32,000 bases of DNA from Candidatus Nanopusillus sp. (GTDB lineage: Archaea > Nanobdellota > Nanobdellia > Nanobdellales > Nanobdellaceae): positions 92,608 through 124,607 of the forward strand of contig JBMSAQ010000015.1 in the NCBI GenBank assembly GCA_049414405.1, read 5' to 3'. This document shows, piece after piece, positions 31,197-32,000 of this stretch (within the stretch, counting starts at the first letter, position 1; each line of letters begins with the position of its first letter). Both the position numbers and the translations under genes were made by a program. The notes below the pieces were generated by a model, which was given only the letters and a program-made list of their open reading frames with translations, had not been told where the DNA came from and made no database searches.

Positions 31197-32000
31197 ATGA
31201 ATAAACTCTATAGATATATAATTATATATTTATCATCCACTTTAACTCCAACAATTCCTTTTCTTATCTTACTGATAAATAATGAATTCGTATCTCCTAT
31301 AACTTTGATTATAGCGTCATTTCCAATAATTGTTTCTTTCATATTTTTATCCTATTTATTTAGAGATTCTATTACAAGAGATCCAAATCCAATAGGTATT
31401 CTTTACTATATATCCAAATTATCTAAATATTTATTGCCAACTTTCGGATTCTTTTATTATTTATCAATAATATCTTTTATTTCTTTAGAATTATTGTTAA
31501 TAAGTAATTATTTCAAAATACTAAATTTTTTTTCATTTTTAATACCATATATAATAATATTTACTTTTTTAGTATTTAATTTACTTAACGTAAACATTGA
31601 AAGTAAAATACAAGAAATTATTTCTTATACTTCTGTTATATCCCTTATTATTTTAATTTTGCTTTTTACATTTCCAATAGACATAAATATTCAATATAAC
31701 TATGTAGATCCTTTTTTATTTATAATAGCATATAATCTGTCTATATTTTCTGGTCTAGAGATATTAACATATTATTCCAATCACTCAAATAATAGAAAAA
31801 CCGGAAATGCTACCTTTTATGGAACGATACTTTTGTCAATAATTTCCATATTTTTATACATAAGTCTATTAAATATTAAAATAAAAGATCTTAGCAACAT
31901 AATTCTTTTAATATTTTTACCAATCGCTATATATTCTACATACATATGGTTTTATACTGCAAACAAAATATTAGAAAATATATCAGAAAATAGATTATTA
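31197..32000 (+). CDS. Polytopic membrane protein, 5' part (runs off window end); absent from the ORF track
   Basis: I hand-translated 268 consecutive sense codons from the ATG at 31197 to the window end (MNKLYRYIIIYLSSTLTPTIPFLILLINNEF...WFYTANKILENISENRLL), with an in-frame TAG upstream at 31155-31157. At least 7 hydrophobic segments. No family recognised. Confidence 0.65.
   Translation, partial: MNKLYRYIIIYLSSTLTPTIPFLILLINNEFVSPITLIIASFPIIVSFIFLSYLFRDSITRDPNPIGILYYISKLSKYLLPTFGFFYYLSIISFISLELLLISNYFKILNFFSFLIPYIIIFTFLVFNLLNVNIESKIQEIISYTSVISLIILILLFTFPIDINIQYNYVDPFLFIIAYNLSIFSGLEILTYYSNHSNNRKTGNATFYGTILLSIISIFLYISLLNIKIKDLSNIILLIFLPIAIYSTYIWFYTANKILENISENRLL

Noticed and set aside
1-32000. 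Search for C/D box sRNAs (RUGAUGA ... CUGA), split tRNA halves, CRISPR repeats, rRNA, IS elements and integrases.
   Set aside because: ATGATGA/GTGATGA strings occur only inside coding sequences (for example 19349, 22933, 27692 minus, 28056 minus) without properly spaced CUGA boxes. Outside the two tRNAs no GC-rich islands exist, and no regularly spaced direct repeats or transposase-like ORFs were seen. A covariance-model scan would be needed to exclude small RNAs definitively.

Overview
This is a very AT-rich, extremely gene-dense archaeal chromosome segment. About 90% is coding, many genes share 4-nt start/stop overlaps, and I saw no Shine-Dalgarno motifs. TATA-like boxes sit about 26-27 nt upstream of start codons. 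Most genes are information-processing: L21e, Rpo4/F, DUF655, fibrillarin, Nop5, S10, ArgRS, aIF1A, aIF2-beta, NMD3-like, MCM, EF-1alpha, IleRS, TBP, proteasome beta, aCPSF1/FttA, thymidylate kinase and topoisomerase IA. There are two GC-rich tRNAs: Trp-CCA and an intron-containing Ile-UAU. GC-rich tRNAs in an AT-rich genome, tRNA-Ile(UAU), broken ribosomal-protein synteny and the compaction all suggest a thermophilic Nanoarchaeota/DPANN-type organism. That is inference only, since no search was possible. Four parts stand out. (i) 1-4.7 kb is a cell-surface locus: a VKOR-like oxidoreductase, then a mini pilin-like gene translationally coupled to an 860-aa Asn/Tyr-rich, Cys-paired, sequon-rich orphan protein. 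Three more mini-pilin paralogs and a membrane-anchored DsbA-like protein lie elsewhere in the window. (ii) An unlisted 52-codon ORF at 11652-11810 encodes a hyper-acidic Trp/Phe-punctuated microprotein, inside a string of genes that begins with MCM and an RPA32-like OB-fold protein. (iii) 25.4-29.2 kb is an accessory patch with an AAA/DUF4143 ATPase, decayed fragments of paralogous ATPase genes, a vapBC cassette and palindromic operator-like sites. (iv) Three divergent gene pairs have start codons 52-54 nt apart with a single central TATA element. I saw no rRNA, CRISPR array, transposase or integrase. All family calls rest on motif recognition by eye and need HMM or structure searches to confirm.
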